64,000 bases of DNA from Bacilli bacterium. Its GTDB lineage: Bacteria > Bacillota_I > Bacilli_A > RF39 > UBA660. The stretch covers positions 49,534 to 113,533 of the forward strand of contig JAGHHZ010000024.1 of NCBI GenBank assembly GCA_017887425.1. The letters are read 5' to 3'. Position 1 is the stretch's first letter. Each line of letters opens with the position of its first letter. The notes under the pieces were generated by a model that saw nothing but the letters and a program-made list of their open reading frames with translations, had not been told where the DNA came from and did no database searches. Both the position numbers and the translations under genes were made by a program. Positions 9,464 to 17,719 of this stretch are shown in pieces.

Positions 9464-11204
9464 AGATTTATATATTGATTTTTTTATAAGTAAAGGACAT
9501 AAGCAGATTCCATCCGCTCCAGTTGTACCAGAAAACGATCCTTCCGTTTTATTTAATACAGCTGGTATGCAACCTTTAATTCCATATTTAATGGGTCAAC
9601 CTCATCCTTATGGAAAAAGATTGGTCGATTATCAAAAATGTATTAGAACTAACGATTTAGATAGCATTGGTGATAAAACCCATCATACTTTTTTTGAAAT
9701 GTTAGGTAATTGGTCATTGGGGGATTACTTTAAAAAAGAAAGCATTGGTTATAGTTTTGAATTTTTAACTAAAGTATTAAATATCCCTATAGAAAAATTA
9801 GCTGTAACTGTTTTTAAAGGTGAAGGAAACATCCCTCGTGATGACATTTCTGCTCAAACCTGGAAAAGTTTAGGAATAAGTGAAGATCGAATTGCTTATT
9901 TAGGAGTAGAAGATAATTTTTGGATTGCTGGAGAAACTGGTCCATGTGGCCCAGATACGGAAATATTTTATTTTAGAAGTAATGACGAAGTGCCTCAAAA
10001 ATTTGATCCAAAAGATGATAGATGGGTTGAAATATGGAATAATGTTTTTATGGAATTTTATAAAGATAATAGTGGTAATATAACAGAGTTACCTAAAAAA
10101 AATGTCGATACAGGAATGGGTTATGAAAGAGTAGTTGCTGTTTTAGAAGGGGTTACTGATAATTATTTATCGAGTGTATGGATTGACATTATTAAAAAAA
10201 TCGAAGAATTATCTAAATACAGTTATGAAGAAAATCCAACTAGTATGCGAATTATTGCTGACCATATTAGAACAGCTGTATTTATTTTAGGTGATGAGGC
10301 CGGTATTAAACCATCTAATACTGACCAAGGATATATTTTAAGAAGACTAATTAGACGTGCTATTAGACATGCTAAAAAATTAGAAATTGATGAAAATAGT
10401 AATTGGGAAGTTATTATCGCCAATATGATAATCGATAAATATGCCAAATATTATCATGAATTAACTAAAAATAAAGATGTTATTTTAGAAGGATTAACTA
10501 ATGAAAAGATCAAGTTTAATAAAACTCTAGCTAAAGGACTAAAAGAATTTGAAAAAATAACTAGTAATTTAGATACTAAAACATTGAATAAAGATTTAGC
10601 TTTCAAATTATATGATACTTATGGATTTCCAATTGAGTTAACAGTTGAATTAGCCAAAGAACAAGGAATTAATGTCGATGTTGAAGGTTTTAAAGAAAAA
10701 TTTAAAGCTCATCAAGAGTTATCTAGAACTGCTTCTAGTGGTAAATTTAAAGGTGGTTTAGCAGGTGATTCTGAAAAAGAAATAAAATATCACACAGCTA
10801 CTCATTTATTAAACGCAGCTTTAAAAGTAGTTGTTGATAAAAACGTTCATCAAAAAGGAAGTAATATTACTAGCGAAAGGATGCGTTTTGACTTTTCATG
10901 TGATCACAAATTAACTGATGAAGAAAAACAAAAAACAGAAGATTTAGTTAATCAATGGATTAATGAAGGATTAGATGTGACTATAACTGAAATGAGTAAG
11001 GAAGAAGCTTTAAAATCAGGTGCTGAATGTATGTTCATTGAAAAATATCCAGATATTGTAACTGTTTATAGTATCGGTGATATTTCTAAAGAATTATGTG
11101 GAGGACCACATGTTAAAAATACTAGCGAATTAGGTAAATTTAAAATTATAAAAGAAGAAGCTAGTAGTGCAGGGGTTAGAAGAATAAAGGCTATTTTAGA
11201 ATAG
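9453..11204 (+). CDS. alaS: Alanine--tRNA ligase, unusually short form (about 584 aa) with catalytic and editing (HxxxH/CGGxH) domains but no C-Ala domain
   Basis: N-terminal AlaRS signature FxxKGHxxxPSAPVVPxNDPSVLFxxAGM...HHTFFEMLGNWSLGDYFK. Editing motifs HTATHLL and CGGPHV. It sits at the canonical position upstream of ireB-ruvX-yrzB-mltG. ATG at 9453 follows GGTGA. Confidence 0.8.
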   Translation: MNLKDLYIDFFISKGHKQIPSAPVVPENDPSVLFNTAGMQPLIPYLMGQPHPYGKRLVDYQKCIRTNDLDSIGDKTHHTFFEMLGNWSLGDYFKKESIGYSFEFLTKVLNIPIEKLAVTVFKGEGNIPRDDISAQTWKSLGISEDRIAYLGVEDNFWIAGETGPCGPDTEIFYFRSNDEVPQKFDPKDDRWVEIWNNVFMEFYKDNSGNITELPKKNVDTGMGYERVVAVLEGVTDNYLSSVWIDIIKKIEELSKYSYEENPTSMRIIADHIRTAVFILGDEAGIKPSNTDQGYILRRLIRRAIRHAKKLEIDENSNWEVIIANMIIDKYAKYYHELTKNKDVILEGLTNEKIKFNKTLAKGLKEFEKITSNLDTKTLNKDLAFKLYDTYGFPIELTVELAKEQGINVDVEGFKEKFKAHQELSRTASSGKFKGGLAGDSEKEIKYHTATHLLNAALKVVVDKNVHQKGSNITSERMRFDFSCDHKLTDEEKQKTEDLVNQWINEGLDVTITEMSKEEALKSGAECMFIEKYPDIVTVYSIGDISKELCGGPHVKNTSELGKFKIIKEEASSAGVRRIKAILE

Positions 11205-11314
11205 TCTTTTTTTTATACTTTAATTTTTAATGACAATAAGTGTAAAAAAACTATATTAGCTTGTAAAATGTTTAATTTTTTGATAAAATTAAAATGTAAT
11301 AAGGTGGTGTTATT

Positions 11315-11554
11315 ATGGAAGAGACAAAAATCTTTACAACGGATGAATTGGAAGCTGAATTAATTACAGAAACAATTAAAGAAGTTGCTGAAATATTAGA
11401 AGAAAGAGGATATAATGCTAAAAATCAGTTAGTAGGATATTTAATGAGTGGCGATCCTGGATATATTTCTTCTCATAAAGAAGCACGAAACAAAATAACT
11501 AAATTTGAAAGAACAAGAGTTCTCGAAGTTTTAGTGGATAATTTTATTAAATGA
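11315..11554 (+). CDS. ireB: IreB-family protein (UPF0297/DUF965, YrzL-like)
   Basis: 79-aa acidic protein at the syntenic position after alaS. Motif GYNAKNQLVGYL..GDPGYISSH. Confidence 0.75.
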   Translation: MEETKIFTTDELEAELITETIKEVAEILEERGYNAKNQLVGYLMSGDPGYISSHKEARNKITKFERTRVLEVLVDNFIK

Positions 11555-11955
11555 GATATTTAGGCTTAGATTTAGGTACTAAAACATTAGGCTTAGCTAT
11601 TTCCAATGGCATGATTGCAACATCATTAAAAACAATTCACTTTAATGATTTAAAAGAGGCAATCGATAAACTAGAAAAAGTTATTATCGAAGAAAAAATT
11701 GATTTACTCGTTTTAGGTTTGCCTAAAAATATGAATAATACGATTGGACCAAGAGCAGAAGCGACAATTGAATTTAAAGAAATGTTAGAAAAATTGAATT
11801 ATCAAGTCGTCTTACAAGATGAAAGATTATCAACTGTGTCGGCCCATAATTATATGATCGAAGCTGATTTATCCAGGAAAAAAAGAAAAGAAAAAGTCGA
11901 TAGTTTAGCTGCCACTATTATATTACAGGCATATTTAGATAAGAAAGGAAAATAA
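11551..11955 (+). CDS. ruvX: Putative pre-16S rRNA nuclease / Holliday junction resolvase YqgF (RuvX)
   Basis: N-terminal LGLDLGTKTLGLAIS RNase H-like motif. Syntenic position. Confidence 0.88.
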   Translation: MRYLGLDLGTKTLGLAISNGMIATSLKTIHFNDLKEAIDKLEKVIIEEKIDLLVLGLPKNMNNTIGPRAEATIEFKEMLEKLNYQVVLQDERLSTVSAHNYMIEADLSRKKRKEKVDSLAATIILQAYLDKKGK

Positions 11956-11959
11956 TAAT

Positions 11960-12250
11960 ATGAAAGAAGAACAAATGAAATTTAAAGTAATTGACGATAA
12001 AGGAAAAGAAATAGAGTGTGAGGTTTTATTTACTTTTGAATCAGATGAAACTGGTAAAAATTATATTGTATATACCGATAATACAACTGACGAACAAGGA
12101 AATACTAAAGTATACGCTTCAATATATACACCAAATGAAGAAAATTTAAACTTAACCGCTATTGAAACCGAAAAAGAATGGAAGATAATAGAGACAATCT
12201 TAAATGAATTACAAGAAGAAGTTAAATCTAATATGGAGGATGGCGAGTAA
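11960..12250 (+). CDS. DUF1292-family protein (YrzB-like)
   Basis: Small acidic protein at the syntenic position between ruvX and mltG. Confidence 0.65.
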   Translation: MKEEQMKFKVIDDKGKEIECEVLFTFESDETGKNYIVYTDNTTDEQGNTKVYASIYTPNEENLNLTAIETEKEWKIIETILNELQEEVKSNMEDGE

Positions 12251-12268
12251 AATTACTCGCTTTATATT

Positions 12269-13321
12269 ATGAAGAAGTACGTTAATATTTATATTTTTGC
12301 CATCGTTTTTTTAGCAATCATTATTGTTGTCGGTTGTACATCTTATAATTTTGGAATTAGCCCAGTAACTAAAGAAAGTCAAGAAGTAACTTTTGAAGTA
12401 GAAGAAAATAGTACTTATTTGTCTTTAGCCCCAATTTTAAAAGAAAATAATTTAATTCGTTCCGAAACATTTTATAAAATATATATTAAAATATTTAATC
12501 CAAGCAATTTAGAAAAAGGTACCTATACTTTAAATCGTAATATGGGAGTTAAAGAAATTATCAATACTTTAGAACAGGGAACTAAAGCAGAAACTCTTTC
12601 TTTTGTTATTCCGGAAGGAAGACATATTACTGATGTTGCTGATTATATCAGTGAAGTAACTGATTATAGTAGTGAAGAATTATTAAATTATTGGCAAAGT
12701 GATGGATTGTTGGATACTTTAATCAATAAATATTGGTTTATTACTGATGAAGTTAGAAATGATAATTTAAGATATAGTTTAGAAGGCTACTTTTTTCCAG
12801 CAACTTATGAGATTTTTAAAAATAGTAGTATGCAAGAAATCACCTATAAAATGTTAGATAAAATGGATGAAGTTTTATCTAAATATAAAATAGAAATTGA
12901 AAACAGTGGTTATACTGTTCATGAATTATTAACTTTAGCTTCAATAGTTGAACACGAAGCAATATTAGATGAAGATCGTCCAATAATTGCGCAAGTTTTT
13001 TATAATCGTTTAAATCAAGGAATGAGGCTAGAAAGTTGTGCAACATTAGGTTATGCTTTAGGTGAGTGGAAATTAACTTATAATGCAGAGGATAGACAAG
13101 TTGATTCACCATATAATACTTATATGTATTATGGATTACCAGTAGGACCTGGTGGTTCCCCAGGTGAAGCTAGCATTAAAGCTGTTATTTATCCTGAAAA
13201 AAATAATTATTTATTCTTTTTAGCTGATGTTTATGATGAAAATTCGACTAAAACATACTATTCAGAAACTTATTCTGAACATCAACAGAAATGTTTACAA
13301 TATTTGGGGTATGCATGTTAG
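12269..13321 (+). CDS. mltG: Endolytic murein transglycosylase MltG (YceG-like)
   Basis: N-terminal TM helix followed by a YceG-like domain (LASIVEHEA, GLPVGPGGSPG). Syntenic. Confidence 0.85.
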   Translation: MKKYVNIYIFAIVFLAIIIVVGCTSYNFGISPVTKESQEVTFEVEENSTYLSLAPILKENNLIRSETFYKIYIKIFNPSNLEKGTYTLNRNMGVKEIINTLEQGTKAETLSFVIPEGRHITDVADYISEVTDYSSEELLNYWQSDGLLDTLINKYWFITDEVRNDNLRYSLEGYFFPATYEIFKNSSMQEITYKMLDKMDEVLSKYKIEIENSGYTVHELLTLASIVEHEAILDEDRPIIAQVFYNRLNQGMRLESCATLGYALGEWKLTYNAEDRQVDSPYNTYMYYGLPVGPGGSPGEASIKAVIYPEKNNYLFFLADVYDENSTKTYYSETYSEHQQKCLQYLGYAC

Positions 13322-13884
13322 AAAATATTGAAAAATACGCTAAAGAATATAATATTCCAATTATGCAAAAAGAAGGAATCGAATTTCTAACGGATTTTAT
13401 TAGAAAAAACAATATTAAAAAAATATTAGAAATCGGAACAGCAATCGGATATTCTGCTATCAAAATGGCTTTGGTCGATCAAAATATTGAAATTGTATCA
13501 ATCGAACGAGATAATGAAAGATACAAAGAAGCGGTTAAAAACGTTAAACTATTTAATTTAGAAAATAGAATTAAATTAATTAATCAAGATGCTTTTGATG
13601 TTGAATTAAACGACAAATTTGATTTAATTTTTATTGATGCTGCTAAAGCGCAAAGTATTAAATTTTTTACTAAATTTGAGAAAAATTTAAATGATAATAA
13701 ATATATTATTACTGATAATATTAACTTTCATGGACTAGTTGGTAGTAATGAAAAAATGAGCCGTAATTTAAAACAATTAGTTAGAAAAATATCGGATTAT
13801 GTAGATTTTTTAAAAAATAATAATAATTACATAACTAAATTTTATGATATTGGAGATGGAATAAGCGTTAGTATAAAGAGGTGA
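13315..13884 (+). CDS. Class I SAM-dependent O-methyltransferase (YrrM-like)
   Basis: SAM-binding motif ILEIGTAIGYSAI, acidic residue IERD and FIDAAK motif. Syntenic with B. subtilis yrrM. The internal Met start overlaps the mltG end. Confidence 0.8.
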   Translation: MLENIEKYAKEYNIPIMQKEGIEFLTDFIRKNNIKKILEIGTAIGYSAIKMALVDQNIEIVSIERDNERYKEAVKNVKLFNLENRIKLINQDAFDVELNDKFDLIFIDAAKAQSIKFFTKFEKNLNDNKYIITDNINFHGLVGSNEKMSRNLKQLVRKISDYVDFLKNNNNYITKFYDIGDGISVSIKR

Positions 13885-13889
13885 TCAAG

Positions 13890-15260
13890 ATGGAAGTAGT
13901 AATCGAAAAAACTATTAATGGTTATCGTCAAACTATAACTGATAAAGTTCATGGTAAAACACGTGTTAGAAGAACTAATAGTATCAGAAGAATTGAATCT
14001 TTGATTGCTAATTTACCAACTAATCCCCATTTTGTCGAAATCAATAATAAGGATATAAAAATAGTTTATCCTAATCGTCAAACTTTAGTTTTAAAAAAAT
14101 ATCAAAAAAATCTAGATAGTAGAGTTTATGAAAGAATATTAGATGGTATTGATGAAGATACACCGATTGTTAAAAATATCAAAAAAAATAACAAAAGACT
14201 AGCTACTTTAGCTTTAACTACAGTTGTATTAGCTTCTTCAATTATTGGCGTTACCACCTCTTTAGGTAATGATAAAACAGTTGAAACCGAATTTCTAAAT
14301 GCTCCAAGTCAATATGTTTATGTTGATAATTCTATTTCCCCTGATACTTTTGAATCTATTTCTCCTGATGTTGCGGAATCAAATCAACCAAGTTTAGTAG
14401 ATGAAGTAAACTTTAATTTGGAACAAAGAATTCTGCAAACTAAACAAATATTAAATAATCAAATAGCAAATAATAATAATATTCCACTTGCAACAAGAAT
14501 GGATGAGTATACGATTAATAAAATTGTTGGTTTTATCAATTCAGAAGATGGTAAATATACTTTTCAAATAGCTGAAGATTTTGGAATAGATCCTTATACA
14601 TTTGTATGTTTGATGATGGGAGAATCAAGTTTAGATCACGAAGCTACTATTCCTGGGGGTGCTTATTATAACGGTTTTGGTGTAGGAATATGTCAACTAG
14701 AATCTCCTAGTGGACAACAAATAACAGCATTTAATTATAGTACTAATCAAAGTGAAACTATATATGAGACAATGGAAAATGCGATTGATAAAAAAACAAA
14801 TATCAAAATGGGTATTATGCGCTATCAAAATGTGTTAGAAAGATATCATGGTAATGAAAAGCTAGCTCTTCAATCACATAATTTTGGTTACGGTTTAGTT
14901 GATTTAATCGTTCAGATTTATGCAAATGAGAAAGGTGTTTCTTTTGATGAAATAGTCGATAATTTTGAAGATACTGGATGGTTAAAATATGTCGAGCAAG
15001 CTAGTTCGGATCCAGTTGGTTTTGCTAATTCATTAGATATAAATAAATATAGTGACTATAGTGCGACAATTGAATATTTAAAAAATTGGCAATATGGTGG
15101 TTATGGTAATGGTAACTATTTAAAAAGTTTATATGGCTACTATTTAGGGGTTTATAGTAGTAACATTGTCGATGGCAATATTATTCAAACTAATTTGACT
15201 AATAATGAAGTTGTCGAAGTAGCACTCAGTGATATAAATGAAAATAATCATATTATTTAA
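13890..15260 (+). CDS. Membrane-anchored protein with a lytic-transglycosylase (SLT/lysozyme-like) domain
   Basis: Basic N-terminal cytoplasmic segment and a single TM helix (LATLALTTVVLASSIIGV). The C-terminal domain has an ES...GVGICQL...NFGYG arrangement reminiscent of family-1 lytic transglycosylases. The ATG follows AAAGAGGTGA. Confidence 0.45.
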   Translation: MEVVIEKTINGYRQTITDKVHGKTRVRRTNSIRRIESLIANLPTNPHFVEINNKDIKIVYPNRQTLVLKKYQKNLDSRVYERILDGIDEDTPIVKNIKKNNKRLATLALTTVVLASSIIGVTTSLGNDKTVETEFLNAPSQYVYVDNSISPDTFESISPDVAESNQPSLVDEVNFNLEQRILQTKQILNNQIANNNNIPLATRMDEYTINKIVGFINSEDGKYTFQIAEDFGIDPYTFVCLMMGESSLDHEATIPGGAYYNGFGVGICQLESPSGQQITAFNYSTNQSETIYETMENAIDKKTNIKMGIMRYQNVLERYHGNEKLALQSHNFGYGLVDLIVQIYANEKGVSFDEIVDNFEDTGWLKYVEQASSDPVGFANSLDINKYSDYSATIEYLKNWQYGGYGNGNYLKSLYGYYLGVYSSNIVDGNIIQTNLTNNEVVEVALSDINENNHII

Positions 15261-15318
15261 ACTGATATTAATTTATCAGTTTCTTTTTTATTTTATTTAA
15301 TGTATAATAAATAGCGTG

Positions 15319-16086
15319 ATGTTTATGGAATTAAAAGAAATCGAAAGAAGTATCATTAAAAAATATCGAAAAAAAATATTTGTTCCTTTCGTTAAAGCAA
15401 TTAAAGAATTTAATTTAATTGAAGAAAACGATAAAATTGCAGTTTGTATTAGTGGGGGAAAAGATTCGTTTTTGCTAGCTAAATGTATGCAAGAGATAAA
15501 AAAACATGGTAAATTTAATTTTGATTTAGAATTTATTGTCATGAATCCTGGATATAGTGAAGAAAATATCAATAAAATAAAAGAAAATCTAAATCATTTA
15601 AATATTGATGCTCATATATTTGAAACTCCGATTTTTGAATTTGCTGATACAACGGACAATCCATGTTATATGTGTGCGAAAATGCGTCGAGGATATTTAT
15701 ATAGTTATGCTAAAAGTATCGGTTGTAATAAAATAGCTTTGGGACATCATTTTAACGATGTTATTGAAACAGTTTTATTAAATATGATTTTCAACGGTAA
15801 TTTTAGTAGTATGGTGCCTTTTGTAAAGAGTACTAATTTTGAAGGTATGGCTTTAATTAGACCACTTTATTATGTCAAAGAAGAAGACATTATCAAATGG
15901 AGTAAGTCTAACGAATTAGAATTTTTAGACTGTGCTTGTAAAGTTACTAAAAAAAATAGTGGTCAAAGAATAGTTATTAAAAATTTAGTTAAAGAGTTAA
16001 ACAAAATATACAGTAAAGCTGATGTTAATATTATGACAAGTACAAAAAATGTTAATTTAAATACGATTTTGGGATATAAAAAATGA
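15319..16086 (+). CDS. TtcA-family PP-loop ATPase (tRNA 2-thiocytidine synthetase-like)
   Basis: PP-loop SGGKDS. TtcA hallmarks CYMCAKMRRG (CxxC-x-x-RRG), ALGHHFND (GHHxDD) and a third Cys pair (LDCAC). Confidence 0.75.
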   Translation: MFMELKEIERSIIKKYRKKIFVPFVKAIKEFNLIEENDKIAVCISGGKDSFLLAKCMQEIKKHGKFNFDLEFIVMNPGYSEENINKIKENLNHLNIDAHIFETPIFEFADTTDNPCYMCAKMRRGYLYSYAKSIGCNKIALGHHFNDVIETVLLNMIFNGNFSSMVPFVKSTNFEGMALIRPLYYVKEEDIIKWSKSNELEFLDCACKVTKKNSGQRIVIKNLVKELNKIYSKADVNIMTSTKNVNLNTILGYKK

Positions 16087-17042
16087 TCAAAGATTTATGC
16101 TTTGAAATAATTGAAACTTGTCCTAATAATTGTCTTTTTTGTTCATCCTGTTCTTCAATTGATAAAAGAAAAATAATTGATTTTGAACTATTTAAAAGAA
16201 CTATCGATCATTTATTAACTAAAGGTGGAATCGAAGAAATATCTTTATCAGGTGGAGAACCATTATTACATCCCAATATTTTTGAAATGATTAAATATTG
16301 CAAAGATAAAAATATTCGTGTTGTTTTATTTACTAGTGGTATAGTAAGAAGAAAAACTATCGATGAAATGTGTAAGAAGTATATTCCTAATTATATATTT
16401 TCTGGAATAGATAAAAAAGAATTGTTACTTTTAAAAGAAATAGGTTTAGATAAAATTGTCTTTGATTTTCAAGGCGCAGAAGTTGATACTTATAATACTT
16501 TAATGGGAACTAAAAATCAATTTACTTATATAGCTGATTCGATGTTAAGAGCTAGTTTAATAGGGTTAGATGTCGATGTACATTTTATTCCTTTGAAAAC
16601 TAATTATAAAGAATTTAAAGATATAATTGAAATATTAGAGATTTGTGGCATTAAAAAAATTAGTGTTTTAAACTTTGTTCCTCAAGGAAGAGGAAAAGAT
16701 AATCAAGAAAAATTAATGTTGAATGAAGATGAAATGCAAGAATTTGTTAAAATATACGAAAGTGTTAAAGATAAATTTTCTGGAACAATTAGAGTAGGGA
16801 TTCCTTTGCTTTCTAAAGATACCCATTTATGTACAGCGGGTTTGGATAAAATGGTTATAAAATATGATGGAAGAGTTTTACCTTGCCCAGCATTTAAAGA
16901 GTATGATCCTTTAATACTAAATAGGATGGGAATAAAAACACCTAATATCCATACTGATTTAGAAAAAGTAGAAATTCACAATGGTACTAGAAAGAAACCA
17001 TTATGTAAACAACTATATGGTTTTAATAAAAATTTAAAATGA
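16083..17042 (+). CDS. Radical SAM enzyme with a C-terminal Cys-rich (SPASM/twitch-like) region, translationally coupled to the TtcA-like gene
   Basis: CxxxCxxC cluster CPNNCLFC and the SGGEPLL motif. C-terminal cysteines at HLCTAG and LPCPAFKE. A 4-nt ATGA overlap with the upstream ORF. Confidence 0.7.
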   Translation: MIKDLCFEIIETCPNNCLFCSSCSSIDKRKIIDFELFKRTIDHLLTKGGIEEISLSGGEPLLHPNIFEMIKYCKDKNIRVVLFTSGIVRRKTIDEMCKKYIPNYIFSGIDKKELLLLKEIGLDKIVFDFQGAEVDTYNTLMGTKNQFTYIADSMLRASLIGLDVDVHFIPLKTNYKEFKDIIEILEICGIKKISVLNFVPQGRGKDNQEKLMLNEDEMQEFVKIYESVKDKFSGTIRVGIPLLSKDTHLCTAGLDKMVIKYDGRVLPCPAFKEYDPLILNRMGIKTPNIHTDLEKVEIHNGTRKKPLCKQLYGFNKNLK

Positions 17043-17054
17043 AAGAGGTAAAAT

Positions 17055-17423
17055 ATGAAAAATTTAAAAATTTGTAAAAGAGCTTTGGCTTTAACGACCG
17101 CATTAGGTATAACTTTATTTAGTGGATGTTCAAAAAATAATGATGATAGTTCTAGTGACCAAAAAGAAGAAAAGACATTTTGTGAACACTTGATTGTAGA
17201 ATTTGGAGGTCAACCAGTTATATTTAAAGAATGCGAAGGGTATGATGTTTTTTTTAATCGAAGCAAGGGTAGTACATATTACGAAGTATCTGAAGATGAC
17301 AGTCTTTTAGTAAGCGGATATACTTATACAGCAAATTATTATACAACCACTCATGAAACTATTGATAAAATAGAAGAAATGGCAATTGAAAAAGGAGCAT
17401 ATGTATATAAAACAAATAATTAA
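17055..17423 (+). CDS. Small lipoprotein (122 aa)
   Basis: Signal peptide with lipobox LFSGC. No recognisable domain. Confidence 0.55.
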   Translation: MKNLKICKRALALTTALGITLFSGCSKNNDDSSSDQKEEKTFCEHLIVEFGGQPVIFKECEGYDVFFNRSKGSTYYEVSEDDSLLVSGYTYTANYYTTTHETIDKIEEMAIEKGAYVYKTNN

Positions 17424-17477
17424 CATTTTGGGAAAGTGTGAAATTTTAATTATGACTAGTATATTTAGTAAAAAGTA

Positions 17478-17676
17478 TGGTATAATATAGATGTCTAGGG
17501 ATAGCGACAAGCTCATTTAGAAAAACCGACTAATTAACGAATATTGGGAATCTAATTCATCAACGGTGTTGAATGCTCAATTAATTTTGAGAATCCTAAA
17601 GTTGATGATGTGATGCCCACCTGGTAGAGACTAGGTTTTATCGTTAAGGGCCCGCATTCTTGGACTTTTTTTTTTG
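17478..17676 (+). ncRNA. Candidate small RNA or structured transcript (~180 nt) with its own extended -10 promoter and a terminal T-tract
   Basis: TGgTATAAT extended -10 at 17478..17486. The non-coding stretch has GC-richer islands (gatgcccacctggtagag, gggcccgc). It ends in a T10 run at 17666..17675. A separate TATAAT promoter for tkt follows. Confidence 0.35.
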
Positions 17677-17719
17677 TATAAAATATGATATAATGAGAAA
17701 AATAAAAGAGGTGATAATA

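Noticed and set aside
10223-10447. 74-aa antisense ORF in alaS, and similar ones in mltG/yrrM (12879..13112, 13248..13463), ttcA (15297..15572), the lipoprotein (17307..17516), the CaCA gene (24441..24680, 24714..24950), the GH31 gene (30355..30564, 30999..31181), leuS (32675..32905, 33311..33499), metG (34638..34841, 35026..35307), the HExxH gene (51396..51578), the pentapeptide gene (52403..52591), infC/rpmI (57164..57373) and the Fic gene (61088..61285)
   Set aside because: All overlap confidently annotated genes in a different frame or strand, lack RBS motifs, and are expected by chance in an AT-rich genome.
17478-17676. TPP riboswitch, T-box leader, 6S RNA or SRP RNA identity for the non-coding element upstream of tkt
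   Set aside because: The conserved cores are not present on either strand: CUGAGA...ACCUGAUCUGGAUAAUGCCAGCGUAGGGAA for TPP, AGGGUGGNACCGCG for T-box, SRP helix-8 GGAAG...AGCAG, and the end-to-end pairing of 6S. The element is separated from tkt by a terminator and a second promoter, so it is unlikely to be a tkt leader. It is kept only as an unclassified sRNA candidate.
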